Positions 16,308 through 24,644 of a stretch of DNA of 47,672 bases are shown here, piece by piece. Where the stretch lies: contig DASRHL010000174.1 of the NCBI GenBank assembly GCA_035650535.1, forward strand, positions 1-47,672, in the 5' to 3' direction. This stretch comes from Acidimicrobiia bacterium. GTDB lineage: Bacteria; Actinomycetota; Acidimicrobiia; IMCC26256; PALSA-555. The notes below the pieces were generated by a model. That model worked only from the letters and a program-made list of their open reading frames with translations. It had not been told where the DNA came from and made no database searches. The translations under genes were made by a program, and so were the position numbers. Numbering within the stretch: position 1 is the first letter of the stretch; every line of letters begins with the position of its first letter.

Positions 16308-16330
16308 CCCTGACAGTCACGTCAGCTTCG
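16308..16330. promoter_or_regulatory. CCCTGAC-N6-GTCAGCTTCG extended palindromic motif (site 1)
   Basis: CCCTGACagtcacGTCAGCTTCG is preceded by the AT-rich TTATATT and lies about 47 nt upstream of the poly-Lys protein start. It is identical at 17 fixed positions to site 22686-22708. Confidence 0.5.
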
Positions 16331-16376
16331 AACCCGGGCGGACGGCGTCGGGGACGACAAGGGGATGGGGGGGACC

Positions 16377-16937
16377 ATGCGGAGACGAGCGCTCGTGCTG
16401 CTGGTCGCCGCCCTGGCTGCGGGCGCGCTGACGCTCGAGGCCACGGCGACGACGGCGGGCGCGTCGGTGAACGGGAAGAGCCACCACAGCGTCGTCGAGA
16501 AGAAGAAAAAGAAGAAGAAGAAGGCGAAGTGCGACGAGGCCGCGATCCGCAACGCCTACGACTACTTCCTGAACGGCACCAAGGGGTACACGCCTCAGCA
16601 GAAGGAGGCGTACATCCAGTTCATGGACACGAACGCGGCCTTCAAGGCCCAGTTCGAGGCGAGCGCGGCGGCCAACGCGGCCGCGGCCGCGACGACGAGC
16701 ATCCAGATCAACTCGATCACCTGCGCCAAGAACGGCAAGTCGGCCCAGGTCGCCTACGACCTCGTCCTGAACGGGCAGGTCGCGAAGGGTCTCGTCACCG
16801 CACCCGGCGGCGCGATCCTCGACCACGGCAAGTGGAAGGTGACCGCCGAGACCGTCTGCAACCTGCAGGCGCTCGGCGACCCGAACGTGCTCGCGAGCGG
16901 CCCCTGCGCCGACATCATCAACGGCACCGCCAAGTAA
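16377..16937 (+). CDS. Secreted hypothetical protein with a K8 tract immediately after the signal peptide region
   Basis: ORF 16365..16937. I prefer the ATG at 16377 (MRRRALVLLVAALAAGALTLEATA), preceded by GGGGGG. It has a signal-peptide-like N-terminus, then EKKKKKKKKAK (16497-16529), then a domain with four Cys. Confidence 0.75.
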   Translation: MRRRALVLLVAALAAGALTLEATATTAGASVNGKSHHSVVEKKKKKKKKAKCDEAAIRNAYDYFLNGTKGYTPQQKEAYIQFMDTNAAFKAQFEASAAANAAAAATTSIQINSITCAKNGKSAQVAYDLVLNGQVAKGLVTAPGGAILDHGKWKVTAETVCNLQALGDPNVLASGPCADIINGTAK

Positions 16938-16992
16938 CCGTCCACCTCACGCGCGCAACGGGCCGCCCCCACGGAGCGGCTCGGCGGATGGA

Positions 16993-17020
16993 GCAGCGCC
17001 GCCCTTCGGGGCGGCGCTGC
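16993..17020. terminator. Bidirectional intrinsic-terminator-like hairpin between convergent genes
   Basis: GCAGCGCCGCCC-TTCG-GGGCGGCGCTGC is a perfect 12-bp GC-rich stem with a TTCG tetraloop. It lies between the stop of the poly-Lys protein gene (16937) and the stop of livF (17063). Confidence 0.7.
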
Positions 17021-17062
17021 CGCGTCCGGCGCGGGTGCCCACGGCCTGCGGCCTGCTCCCCC

Positions 17063-17839
17063 CTAGTGCTGGCCGTTGGGGTGGGGAGCCTCGTGGGCCG
17101 CGGGCAGGAGGCGCTCGGTGATGTCGCCGAGCTCCGCCGCCGGGCCCGAGAGCGTGACCGTGCCCTTGGCGAGCACGACGACGTCGTCGGCGAGGCCGAG
17201 CGCCTGGCGGACGTGCTGCTCGACGATGAGCAACGCCGTCCCCGCGTTGCGGATCGTGGCCAGCGTCTCGTAGACCTCGTCGATCACGACCGGGGCGAGT
17301 CCGAGCGAGAGCTCGTCGGTGATCAGCAGCTTGGGGGCCCGCACGAGCACGCGTGCGAGTGACAGCATCCGCTGCTCCCCGCCCGAGAGCGTGCCGGCCA
17401 TCTGGCGGCGCCGCTCCCCCAGCCTCGGGAAGAGGTCGTACGCCCGCTGCAGCGCGCCCTGCGTCCCGCGCCGGCCGAACACCTGACGGAAGGTGAGCGC
17501 GAGGTTCTCCTCGACGGTGAGCGACGCGAACACCGAACGCCCCTCGGGTGCATGGATGACCCCGAGGCGGGCGAGCTTGTACGCGCGCTTGCCGGTCACG
17601 TCGGTGCCCTCGAACAGCACGCGACCCGAGGTGGGCTTGAGCAGCCCGGAGCAGACGCGCACGACCGTCGTCTTGCCCGACCCGTTCGATCCCAGCAGCG
17701 CCATCACCGAGTGCGGCCGGATCGCGAACGACACCCCGAACAACGACCGGAACGGCCCGTACCCGGCGTCGACGTCGCGCAGCTCGAGCAACGGCGCCGC
17801 ACCGTTCACGCCGCTCGCTCCGTCCGGTTGCTCGGTCAC
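17063..17839 (-). CDS. livF: Branched-chain amino acid ABC transporter ATP-binding protein, LivF-type
   Basis: This is the C-terminal part of ORF 17063..18631. GSNGSGKTT (Walker A), LSGGEQRML (signature), LLITDELSLGL (Walker B). The GTG at 17839 overlaps the livG stop (GTGA). Confidence 0.85.
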   Translation of the reverse strand: MTEQPDGASGVNGAAPLLELRDVDAGYGPFRSLFGVSFAIRPHSVMALLGSNGSGKTTVVRVCSGLLKPTSGRVLFEGTDVTGKRAYKLARLGVIHAPEGRSVFASLTVEENLALTFRQVFGRRGTQGALQRAYDLFPRLGERRRQMAGTLSGGEQRMLSLARVLVRAPKLLITDELSLGLAPVVIDEVYETLATIRNAGTALLIVEQHVRQALGLADDVVVLAKGTVTLSGPAAELGDITERLLPAAHEAPHPNGQH

Positions 17840-18615
17840 ACCACGTCTCCCAGGTAGGCCTTGCGGACGGCCTCGTCGCCGAGCACGTCGTCGGTGGGGC
17901 CGGACGCGATGAGCGTGCCGAAGTCGAGGACGTAGAGCCGCGACACGAGGCGCTGCACCATCTCGACGTCGTGCTCGACGAGGAGCACGGCGAAGCCACG
18001 CTCCTGCTTGACCGAGGCGAGCCGCTCCGAGAGCGCCGCCGTCTCCCGCATGTCGAGGCCCGACGACGGCTCGTCGAGCAGCAGGAGCTTGGGCTGCATC
18101 ATCAGGGCGCGCCCGAGCTCGACGAGGCGGCCGCGGCCGAGGCTCAACGCCTCGACCGGCCGGTCGGCCTCGTGCTCGAGGCCGAGCAGCTCGATGATCT
18201 CCTCGCACGCCGCGAGCTCGTCGGCTCGCGGCTTCGACAGGTTCAGCAGGTCCTTCCACAGACGCCCGTCGCCGCGCCGCGACCGCTCGGTCACGAGCAG
18301 GTGCTCGCGCACGCTCATCCCCGAGAACAGCTCGAGTCGCTGGAAGGTGCGGCCGAACCCGAGGCGCGCCCGCTTGTACACGGGGGACCCGCCCAGGTCG
18401 CGGCCGTCGAACTCGATCGTGCCCTCCTCGGGACGCAGCATGCCGAGGAGGCAGTTGAAGAACGTCGTCTTCCCGGCGCCGTTCGGGCCGATCAGGCCGA
18501 CCATCTCCGCGTACCCGACCTGCAGGTCGACGGCGCTGAGCGCCGTGATCCCCGCGAACCGCTTGGTGACGCCCCGGGCGTCGAGGAGGCTGGTCGTGGC
18601 CGGCGCGAGCGTCAT
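17836..18615 (-). CDS. livG: Branched-chain amino acid ABC transporter ATP-binding protein, LivG-type
   Basis: This is the C-terminal part of ORF 17836..21264. GPNGAGKTTFFN, LSLGRGRLVELGRAL, LLLLDEPSSGLD. The ATG at 18615 overlaps the permease stop (ATGA). Confidence 0.85.
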   Translation of the reverse strand: MTLAPATTSLLDARGVTKRFAGITALSAVDLQVGYAEMVGLIGPNGAGKTTFFNCLLGMLRPEEGTIEFDGRDLGGSPVYKRARLGFGRTFQRLELFSGMSVREHLLVTERSRRGDGRLWKDLLNLSKPRADELAACEEIIELLGLEHEADRPVEALSLGRGRLVELGRALMMQPKLLLLDEPSSGLDMRETAALSERLASVKQERGFAVLLVEHDVEMVQRLVSRLYVLDFGTLIASGPTDDVLGDEAVRKAYLGDVV

Positions 18616-21278
18616 ACCTGCATCCCCCCACCCACCGGGGTCGCCGCGGGAACCTCGGCGGCGACGGGGGCGGCCTCGACCGCCGCCTCGTCCTCGCCGC
18701 CCACCGGGCCGAGCCACAGCTCGTTGCACGCCCCCTGGACCGCCGCGACCCACTGCAGCCATGTGATCACCGACACGGCGGCGACGAAGTACACCGGCCA
18801 GCCGCCGGGCGGGTTGTCGGTCGTGACGCGGTGGAACAGGTAGACGCCGGCCAGCACGAACCCGCTCGGCGTCCGCCCGTCGCGCCACGTGACCCACGGG
18901 TCCCGCCAGTCGCGCGCGGCGGCGATCCGCTCGTAGTGGCACGGCAGCAGCGTGAACGCGACGAGCGCGATCCCCACGGGCAGACCGACGAGGGCGTCGT
19001 CGAGCGCGCTGCCCTGCGCCCAACCCTGGCTGTTGAACAGCAGTCCGACGAGCGCGCCGACCACGCCGCCGGCGAGCAGCAGCTGCGGACCGCGCGCGTA
19101 GCCGCCGGCGCGGCGCAGCAGGAGGTCGGTGCGGAAGATCCACGCGAGCAGGAAGGCGACGCTGGGCAGGACGAACGCGAGCAGGGTCGGCGAGTGGACG
19201 GTCACCCAGTGGCCCTGGCCGAGGCTGCGACCGAACACGTACAGCGTGTACAGCACCGGCCCGGCCGCGACCGGGACGACGACCAGCGCGCTGGGCGTGA
19301 ACTCCCTCGGCACCCGTCCCGCGGCCGCCATGGCCTTCGCCCGCACGTTGAAGGCCCGCCCGCGGACCTGCGCCAGGATGGCCTTCCGCGTCTGCAGCTC
19401 GACGATGCCCTCGGGATGGCGGGCATAGGTGATCGCGCCCAGGCCGAACAGGATGAGCGGGAAGCTGCCCGGGAGCTGCAGCGCGTCGGTCAGCAGCCAC
19501 TGGAACACGACGAAGCCGATGGCGGCGTTCACCGCGCCGTCGACGGTCCGTGTGCCGAGCGTGACGACGAGGACGACCCACGCGGCGCCGAGCAACACCG
19601 GGTAGGTCGACGGATAGATCGTGCCGTCGTGCATGGCGAGGAGACCACCGCCCAACCCGGCGATCCCCGACGACAGCGCGAACAGCACGATCCGCTGGCG
19701 CGTCGCGTTGATCCCGATCGACGCGGCGGCGGTCTCGCTGCCGCGGAGCGCGGCGAAGAAGCGGCCCGTCGTCCCCTTCCGTATGAAGATCACCAGGAAG
19801 CCGACGATCGCGAAGATCCCGAACACGAGCAGGAACCACGCGCGGTCGCCGCGCGCGAACTCGGGTCTCGACACGCCGAGGCCGAACTCGCCGTTCGACA
19901 CGTCCTCGCGGTTGAAGACGACCTGCTCGACCATGAGCCCGAAGGCGAGGGTCGCGAGCGTGAGGTAGATGCCGCCGAGGCGCAGGGCGGGGACGGCGAG
20001 CAGCGCGCCGACGGCGGCGGCGAGCACCGCGCCCATCAGCGTCGCCAGCAGCACCGGTATGCCCCAGTCGTGGGCGAGGTTCGCCATCGTGAAGCCGCCG
20101 ATGCCGGCGAACGTGGCCTGCGCGAGCGAGATCTGACCACCGAAGCCGGTGAACACGGTGATCGAGAGGAAGATCACCGCGAGCACGAAGCCCAACGTCA
20201 GGCGGTTGACCCACAGCGGCGTGACGAGCGTCATCATCACGACGAGGAACCCCGTGATGAAGATCGGGAACATGATCTTCGTCGTCCGTTGCAGCTCTGC
20301 GTTCTTGTACTCGGCTGCGACCGCGGGGGGCGGCGGGTCGACCCCCGCGAGCGGGTCGGTGACCTCCCGCCGGTTGCGCAGCGCGGGCCAGAAGATGAGG
20401 AGCAGGAACAGGAGGAGGAACGGGAACGCGGGTCGCAGGTCCTGAGAGAGCGAGCTGTCGACGCCGATCCCGAACTGGCTCAGCACGTCGGGGAGCGCGC
20501 GCTGGCCGATGCCGAGGATGAGCCCGCCCAGCAGGGTCATCGGGATGCTGTTGAGCCGGCCGACGGCGGCCGCGGCGATCGCGGCGACGATGAGCAGCGT
20601 GTAGTTGTTGGCGTCGAGCGTGGCGAACAGCGGGGCGAGCAGGACGCCGGCGAGCCCGGCGAGGAAGCTCGAGAGCATCCACGACATCGTCCCCGTGCGT
20701 TCCGAGTCGACACCCGCCAGCTCGACCATGCGGGGGCTCTCGACGACTGCCCGCATGCGCAACCCGATCGCGGTGTACCGGAACAGCAGGCCGAGCGCAA
20801 CGACGACGACGAGCGTGACGATCACGGTCGTCATCCGGTCCGCGGCGACCACGTAGTCGCCGATGTGGAACACCTTGTTCTTGGCGATCCCGATCAGCGG
20901 GGCGACGCTCGGCGGGCCGTACTGCGCCTGCTCGTCGAAGACGGCCTTCACGATCTCGGGGATGGCGACGAACAACCCGAGCGCCGTGACGAGCTTCACC
21001 ACGCCCGATGCCGTCCGCATGTAACGGAACAGCGCGCGGTCGAGCACGAAGCCCAGCGCGGGCGCCGCGATCAACACCGAGACGACGAAGCCCAGCCACA
21101 ACGGCCGGTGGTTGAGCTCGACGAAGTCGTACATCACCCAGGCGGAGAAGAACGCCTGGGCGCTGAACGCGAGGTTGAACACACCGGTCGTCTTGTACGT
21201 GAGGACGAGACCGATGGCCACGAGCGCGTACACGCAGCCGACCGGGAACCCCTCGATGAGCCACTGGATCACGTCCAC
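18612..21278 (-). CDS. Fused LivH-LivM-type ABC permease with an extra C-terminal membrane domain of about 250 aa (888 aa)
   Basis: ORF 18612..21278. The N-terminal third resembles LivH (GCVYALVAIGLVLTYKTTGVFNLA). The middle resembles LivM (GFGGQISLAQATFAGIGGF). The last 250 aa or so are further hydrophobic segments with no transporter motif. Confidence 0.8.
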   Translation of the reverse strand: MDVIQWLIEGFPVGCVYALVAIGLVLTYKTTGVFNLAFSAQAFFSAWVMYDFVELNHRPLWLGFVVSVLIAAPALGFVLDRALFRYMRTASGVVKLVTALGLFVAIPEIVKAVFDEQAQYGPPSVAPLIGIAKNKVFHIGDYVVAADRMTTVIVTLVVVVALGLLFRYTAIGLRMRAVVESPRMVELAGVDSERTGTMSWMLSSFLAGLAGVLLAPLFATLDANNYTLLIVAAIAAAAVGRLNSIPMTLLGGLILGIGQRALPDVLSQFGIGVDSSLSQDLRPAFPFLLLFLLLIFWPALRNRREVTDPLAGVDPPPPAVAAEYKNAELQRTTKIMFPIFITGFLVVMMTLVTPLWVNRLTLGFVLAVIFLSITVFTGFGGQISLAQATFAGIGGFTMANLAHDWGIPVLLATLMGAVLAAAVGALLAVPALRLGGIYLTLATLAFGLMVEQVVFNREDVSNGEFGLGVSRPEFARGDRAWFLLVFGIFAIVGFLVIFIRKGTTGRFFAALRGSETAAASIGINATRQRIVLFALSSGIAGLGGGLLAMHDGTIYPSTYPVLLGAAWVVLVVTLGTRTVDGAVNAAIGFVVFQWLLTDALQLPGSFPLILFGLGAITYARHPEGIVELQTRKAILAQVRGRAFNVRAKAMAAAGRVPREFTPSALVVVPVAAGPVLYTLYVFGRSLGQGHWVTVHSPTLLAFVLPSVAFLLAWIFRTDLLLRRAGGYARGPQLLLAGGVVGALVGLLFNSQGWAQGSALDDALVGLPVGIALVAFTLLPCHYERIAAARDWRDPWVTWRDGRTPSGFVLAGVYLFHRVTTDNPPGGWPVYFVAAVSVITWLQWVAAVQGACNELWLGPVGGEDEAAVEAAPVAAEVPAATPVGGGMQV

Positions 21279-21355
21279 GGCGTCACGTCCCCACGAGGTC
21301 GCAAGATCGTCAAAGCCTACGCATCCTTTGCCGCGTCTTCACTGGCTCCGTGACC

Positions 21356-22633
21356 TCAGCGGTAGGTCGGCGCGTCGACCGTCGCCGGGTCGGGATACTG
21401 CGGGAAGCAGACGAAGGGCTTTCCGGGCTGCCCGAACCGCGCGACGTAGGCGCCCTTCACGACCTCGACGTACGCGGAGCACCCGGTTCGCGCCGGCCCG
21501 TGCCCGGCGGCGCTCCAGTCGAGCCCGGGGAGGATGCCGTCGGCGGTGTCGTCCGTCATCGCGTTGATCGCGTCGACCACCCGCGCCCGCGTCGGCTCGG
21601 CGCCGGCCGCGCGCAGCCCGGCGACGAACAGGGCGGCGTTCAGCCACCCGGCCAGCGCCTGCTCGTCCGCCGCGACGTGCACCGCCTTCATCGCGGCGAC
21701 GAACTGCCGCATGCCCGGCACCTTCGAGGCGGGGTCGACGGGGAGGAACCCGGTGGCCGTGTACACGCCGTCGAGGCTGGCGCCGAGCCGTCTGGCGGCC
21801 GCGGGCGCGTACCCGTCGGTGACGAAGAGGTGGGCGTCCTGCGTGCCGGCACCGCGGAGCGCGTCGGCGAGCCGGGCCGCGGCACCGACGTCGCCGCACA
21901 TCGCGACGAAGTCGACGCGGAGGTCGTGCAGCTTCTGTGCGTCGTTCGCGCCCGCGGTCGCCCCCGAGTCGACGAGCTCCACCGGCGGCCCGTACCGGGC
22001 GAAGGCCGCCTGCAGCCCGCGGGCGCACGCCGCCGCACCGGGCGTCGGGCCGGCGACGACCGCGACGCGGGTCGCTCCGACCTCGTGGGCGACGAACGCC
22101 GCCGGCAGCCGCGCACAGGTCAGGCACTCGTACGAGCCGGCGTCGCCGAAGAGCGTCGGCCCGGCGCTCCACGCGGTCGTGGCTCCGCCGGGCGCCGTCC
22201 AACCGAAGGTGGGCACCGCGTTCGTCGCGAGGTAGCCGGCCGCCGCGAAGCTCGGCGTGGCGACGGGCAGGACCGCGAACACGCCGCGGCGCTCCACCAG
22301 CTCGCGCACCGACGCGACGTCACGCGCCGGGTCCCCCGCGTCGCCGGCCGTCGCGACGAGGCGGATCCGCCGCCCGCCCACGCCACCCGACCGGTTCACG
22401 AGGTCGAAGTAGGCACGCGCCCCGGCGAGGGCGTGCTCGTAGACCCGCCCGTCGGCGCCGGTGCGCGCCGCGACGCCCCCGACGCGGATCGTGGTGGCCG
22501 TGACCCCGGGCGTACCCGGGTCGGTCGGCGGCGGAACCGCGGCGCCGGCCGGCGCCGCGCCGAGGCCGGCGACGAGGCCGATCGCGAGCAGCAGCGCGGC
22601 GGCACGGGATGCCCCCCATCCGCCATTCCGCAT
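21356..22633 (-). CDS. ABC transporter substrate-binding protein, type-1 periplasmic-binding fold (LivJ/amide-binding-like)
   Basis: ORF 21356..22633. Signal/lipobox-like N-terminus (AAALLLAIGLVAGLGAAPAGA), then TIRVGGVAARTGA...YFDLVNRSGGVGGRRI, typical of Leu/Ile/Val-binding-family proteins. It is the first gene of the liv-like operon. Confidence 0.8.
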   Translation of the reverse strand: MRNGGWGASRAAALLLAIGLVAGLGAAPAGAAVPPPTDPGTPGVTATTIRVGGVAARTGADGRVYEHALAGARAYFDLVNRSGGVGGRRIRLVATAGDAGDPARDVASVRELVERRGVFAVLPVATPSFAAAGYLATNAVPTFGWTAPGGATTAWSAGPTLFGDAGSYECLTCARLPAAFVAHEVGATRVAVVAGPTPGAAACARGLQAAFARYGPPVELVDSGATAGANDAQKLHDLRVDFVAMCGDVGAAARLADALRGAGTQDAHLFVTDGYAPAAARRLGASLDGVYTATGFLPVDPASKVPGMRQFVAAMKAVHVAADEQALAGWLNAALFVAGLRAAGAEPTRARVVDAINAMTDDTADGILPGLDWSAAGHGPARTGCSAYVEVVKGAYVARFGQPGKPFVCFPQYPDPATVDAPTYR

Positions 22634-22685
22634 CGGCGTTGGAACCCCCCGGAGCCGGCGACCTCGGGAGGACTCTAGCGTCGAT

Positions 22686-22708
22686 CCCTGACTTGCGTGT
22701 CAGCTTCG
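22686..22708. promoter_or_regulatory. CCCTGAC-N6-GTCAGCTTCG extended palindromic motif (site 2)
   Basis: CCCTGACttgcgtGTCAGCTTCG lies in the 109-bp divergent region between the liv-like SBP gene (start 22633) and the PIG-L gene (start 22743). Confidence 0.5.
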
Positions 22709-22742
22709 CGAACGCCGCGGCGCGGCGCGCGAGCATGCGGCG

Positions 22743-23540
22743 ATGGCCGGCACGCTCGTGGTGTTCCACGCCCATCCCGACGACGAGGCGATCCTGACCG
22801 CAGGGACGATGGCCCGGGCCGCCGCCGAGGGCCACCGGGTGGTGCTGGTCGTCGCGACGCGGGGCGACCACGGCGAGGTCGCCGACGGTGTGCTCGCGCC
22901 GGGCGAGACGCTGGCCGACCGGCGGGTGGCCGAGACCCGGCGGGCCGCGGAGATCCTGGGCGTGGCCCGGGTCGAGTACCTCGGCTACTCGGATTCGGGG
23001 ATGGAGGGCGAGCCGCTCAACGACGCCGCCGGCTCGTTCTGGTCGGCCGACGTCGACGAGGCGGCGGCGCGCCTGGCCCGGATCCTCCGGGAGGAGGCCG
23101 CGGACACGCTCACGATCTACGACGAGCGGGGCGGGTACGGGCACCCCGACCACGTGCAGGTGCACCGGGTCGGTGTGCGGGCGGCCGAGCTCGCCGGGAC
23201 GGCGCGGGTGTACGAGGCGACCGTCGACCGCGAGCACGTCCGCGACCTCATCCGCGCCACCCGCGACGAGCTGGCGCTGGAGCCGCCGCCCGACGACATG
23301 CCCGACCCCGAGACCTTCGACGTGGGGGTCGACGCCGACCGGATCACCACGACCGTCGACGTCCGCGCCTTCGCCGAGCAGAAGCGGGCCGCGATGGCGG
23401 CGCATGCGAGCCAGATCCCGTCGGACTCGTTCTTCCTGGCCGCACCGCCCGACCTCTTCGCCCACAGCTTCGGGACCGAGTGGTTCATCCGGCGCGGGGC
23501 GCCGCCGAGCCTCCGCGAGACGTGGCTGTTCGGACCCTGA
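22743..23540 (+). CDS. PIG-L/LmbE-family N-acetylglucosaminyl deacetylase
   Basis: ORF 22743..23540. VVFHAHPDDEAI and GYGHPDHVQVH are the zinc-binding motifs of the family. Confidence 0.85.
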   Translation: MAGTLVVFHAHPDDEAILTAGTMARAAAEGHRVVLVVATRGDHGEVADGVLAPGETLADRRVAETRRAAEILGVARVEYLGYSDSGMEGEPLNDAAGSFWSADVDEAAARLARILREEAADTLTIYDERGGYGHPDHVQVHRVGVRAAELAGTARVYEATVDREHVRDLIRATRDELALEPPPDDMPDPETFDVGVDADRITTTVDVRAFAEQKRAAMAAHASQIPSDSFFLAAPPDLFAHSFGTEWFIRRGAPPSLRETWLFGP

Positions 23541-24609
23541 GGATCGGCGGGCGCCGGACCCGCAGCGACCGGTCGGACGACCAGGGCGCGTACGGCGCCA
23601 TCGTCAACCCGGCGAGCGCGAGCAGCACCGAGTCGTAGTTGACGCGCCATCCCGCGAAGTCGCGCCACGCCCGTTCCCGGTCGGGCCGGATCGGGACGCC
23701 GGCCCCGCCGAGCCGGCGGTACGCGTCGTCGAACTCGTCCCGGCTGATGCTGATCGGCCCGTCGGGTGCGGGATCCGGGTCGTAGGGGATGCCGAACAGG
23801 TCGGCCAGCTCGCGAAGCGCCAAGTAGCCGGCCCGGATGCACAGGCCGGCCTCGGGGGACCACGGGATCGACAGCGCGGAGTTCGCGAGCGCGGCGCCGT
23901 CGAGCACGGCGCCCGCCGCCGTGATCCACGACCGGTTCGGGTTCGGCGAGCGGAAGAACGGGAGGACCGCGAACGTCGTGTGCGTCTCCGCGAGCTCCGC
24001 GAACCACTCCTCCCACGTCGACCAGAGCTCGGGCAACTGGTCGGTCCAGCCGATGGCGTGGAACCGCTCGAGCAGCTCGACGGCGGTCGGCGGCGTCCCC
24101 GCCCGCACCGCGAGCTTCGCGACGAGCAGCTCCCGGCGCGAGAACGACGAGTAGATCGTCGGCAGGTACGCGATCAGCAGCGCGAGCACCGCGAGCCCGG
24201 ACGCCGACTCGGCGAACGACAACGCGTAGCCGGCCGCGGTCCGGGGCGGGACGACGAACCCCAGCGTGAACAGCGACGAGCCGCTGAGCTCGAACGCCCT
24301 GGCCCAGTCGTGCACGACCGCGCCGCGGAGCACGAACGCGTACGCGGCGATGAGGATGACGAGCCAGCTGACGACGAGGAGGAGCAGGCCGAAGGGCGCG
24401 TACAACGCCATGACGCGGTCACGGCCCTCGTAGGTCTTGAAGCGCCGGGCGATGGCGTCGAAGAGCACCCGCAGGCTGCGGAACACGATGCGCGTGAGCC
24501 GTGACACGACGGCGCGCGGCAGCACGAAGGTTCGCATCGCCGAGTCGAGGACGATGCACACCAACGTGACCCCGGCGAGCACCAGGACGACGTCGACAAC
24601 GGTGCCCAT
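23485..24609 (-). CDS. Hypothetical integral membrane protein with a cytoplasmic C-terminal domain of about 200 aa
   Basis: ORF 23485..24609. It has three or four hydrophobic helices in the first 150 aa or so and a short re-entrant-like segment, SGSSLFTLGFVVP, between helices. The R-rich tail overlaps the PIG-L 3' end by 56 nt. Confidence 0.6.
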   Translation of the reverse strand: MGTVVDVVLVLAGVTLVCIVLDSAMRTFVLPRAVVSRLTRIVFRSLRVLFDAIARRFKTYEGRDRVMALYAPFGLLLLVVSWLVILIAAYAFVLRGAVVHDWARAFELSGSSLFTLGFVVPPRTAAGYALSFAESASGLAVLALLIAYLPTIYSSFSRRELLVAKLAVRAGTPPTAVELLERFHAIGWTDQLPELWSTWEEWFAELAETHTTFAVLPFFRSPNPNRSWITAAGAVLDGAALANSALSIPWSPEAGLCIRAGYLALRELADLFGIPYDPDPAPDGPISISRDEFDDAYRRLGGAGVPIRPDRERAWRDFAGWRVNYDSVLLALAGLTMAPYAPWSSDRSLRVRRPPILRVRTATSRGGSAAPRAG

Positions 24610-24644
24610 TGGTGCGCCAGCTTCGCAGATCTCGCGTTCTCGGC

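Noticed and set aside
16322-16552. Minus-strand ORF containing FFFFFFFF
   Set aside because: It is simply the antisense reading of the AAG-repeat Lys tract. The plus-strand secreted protein is the coherent gene.
17836-21353. Very long ORFs 17836..21264(-) and 18831..21353(+) overlapping the permease
   Set aside because: The translations are R/G/D/E-rich low-complexity sequence. The 18612..21278(-) frame gives a bona fide LivH/LivM membrane protein. Only the 3' 780 nt of 17836..21264 (livG) is real.
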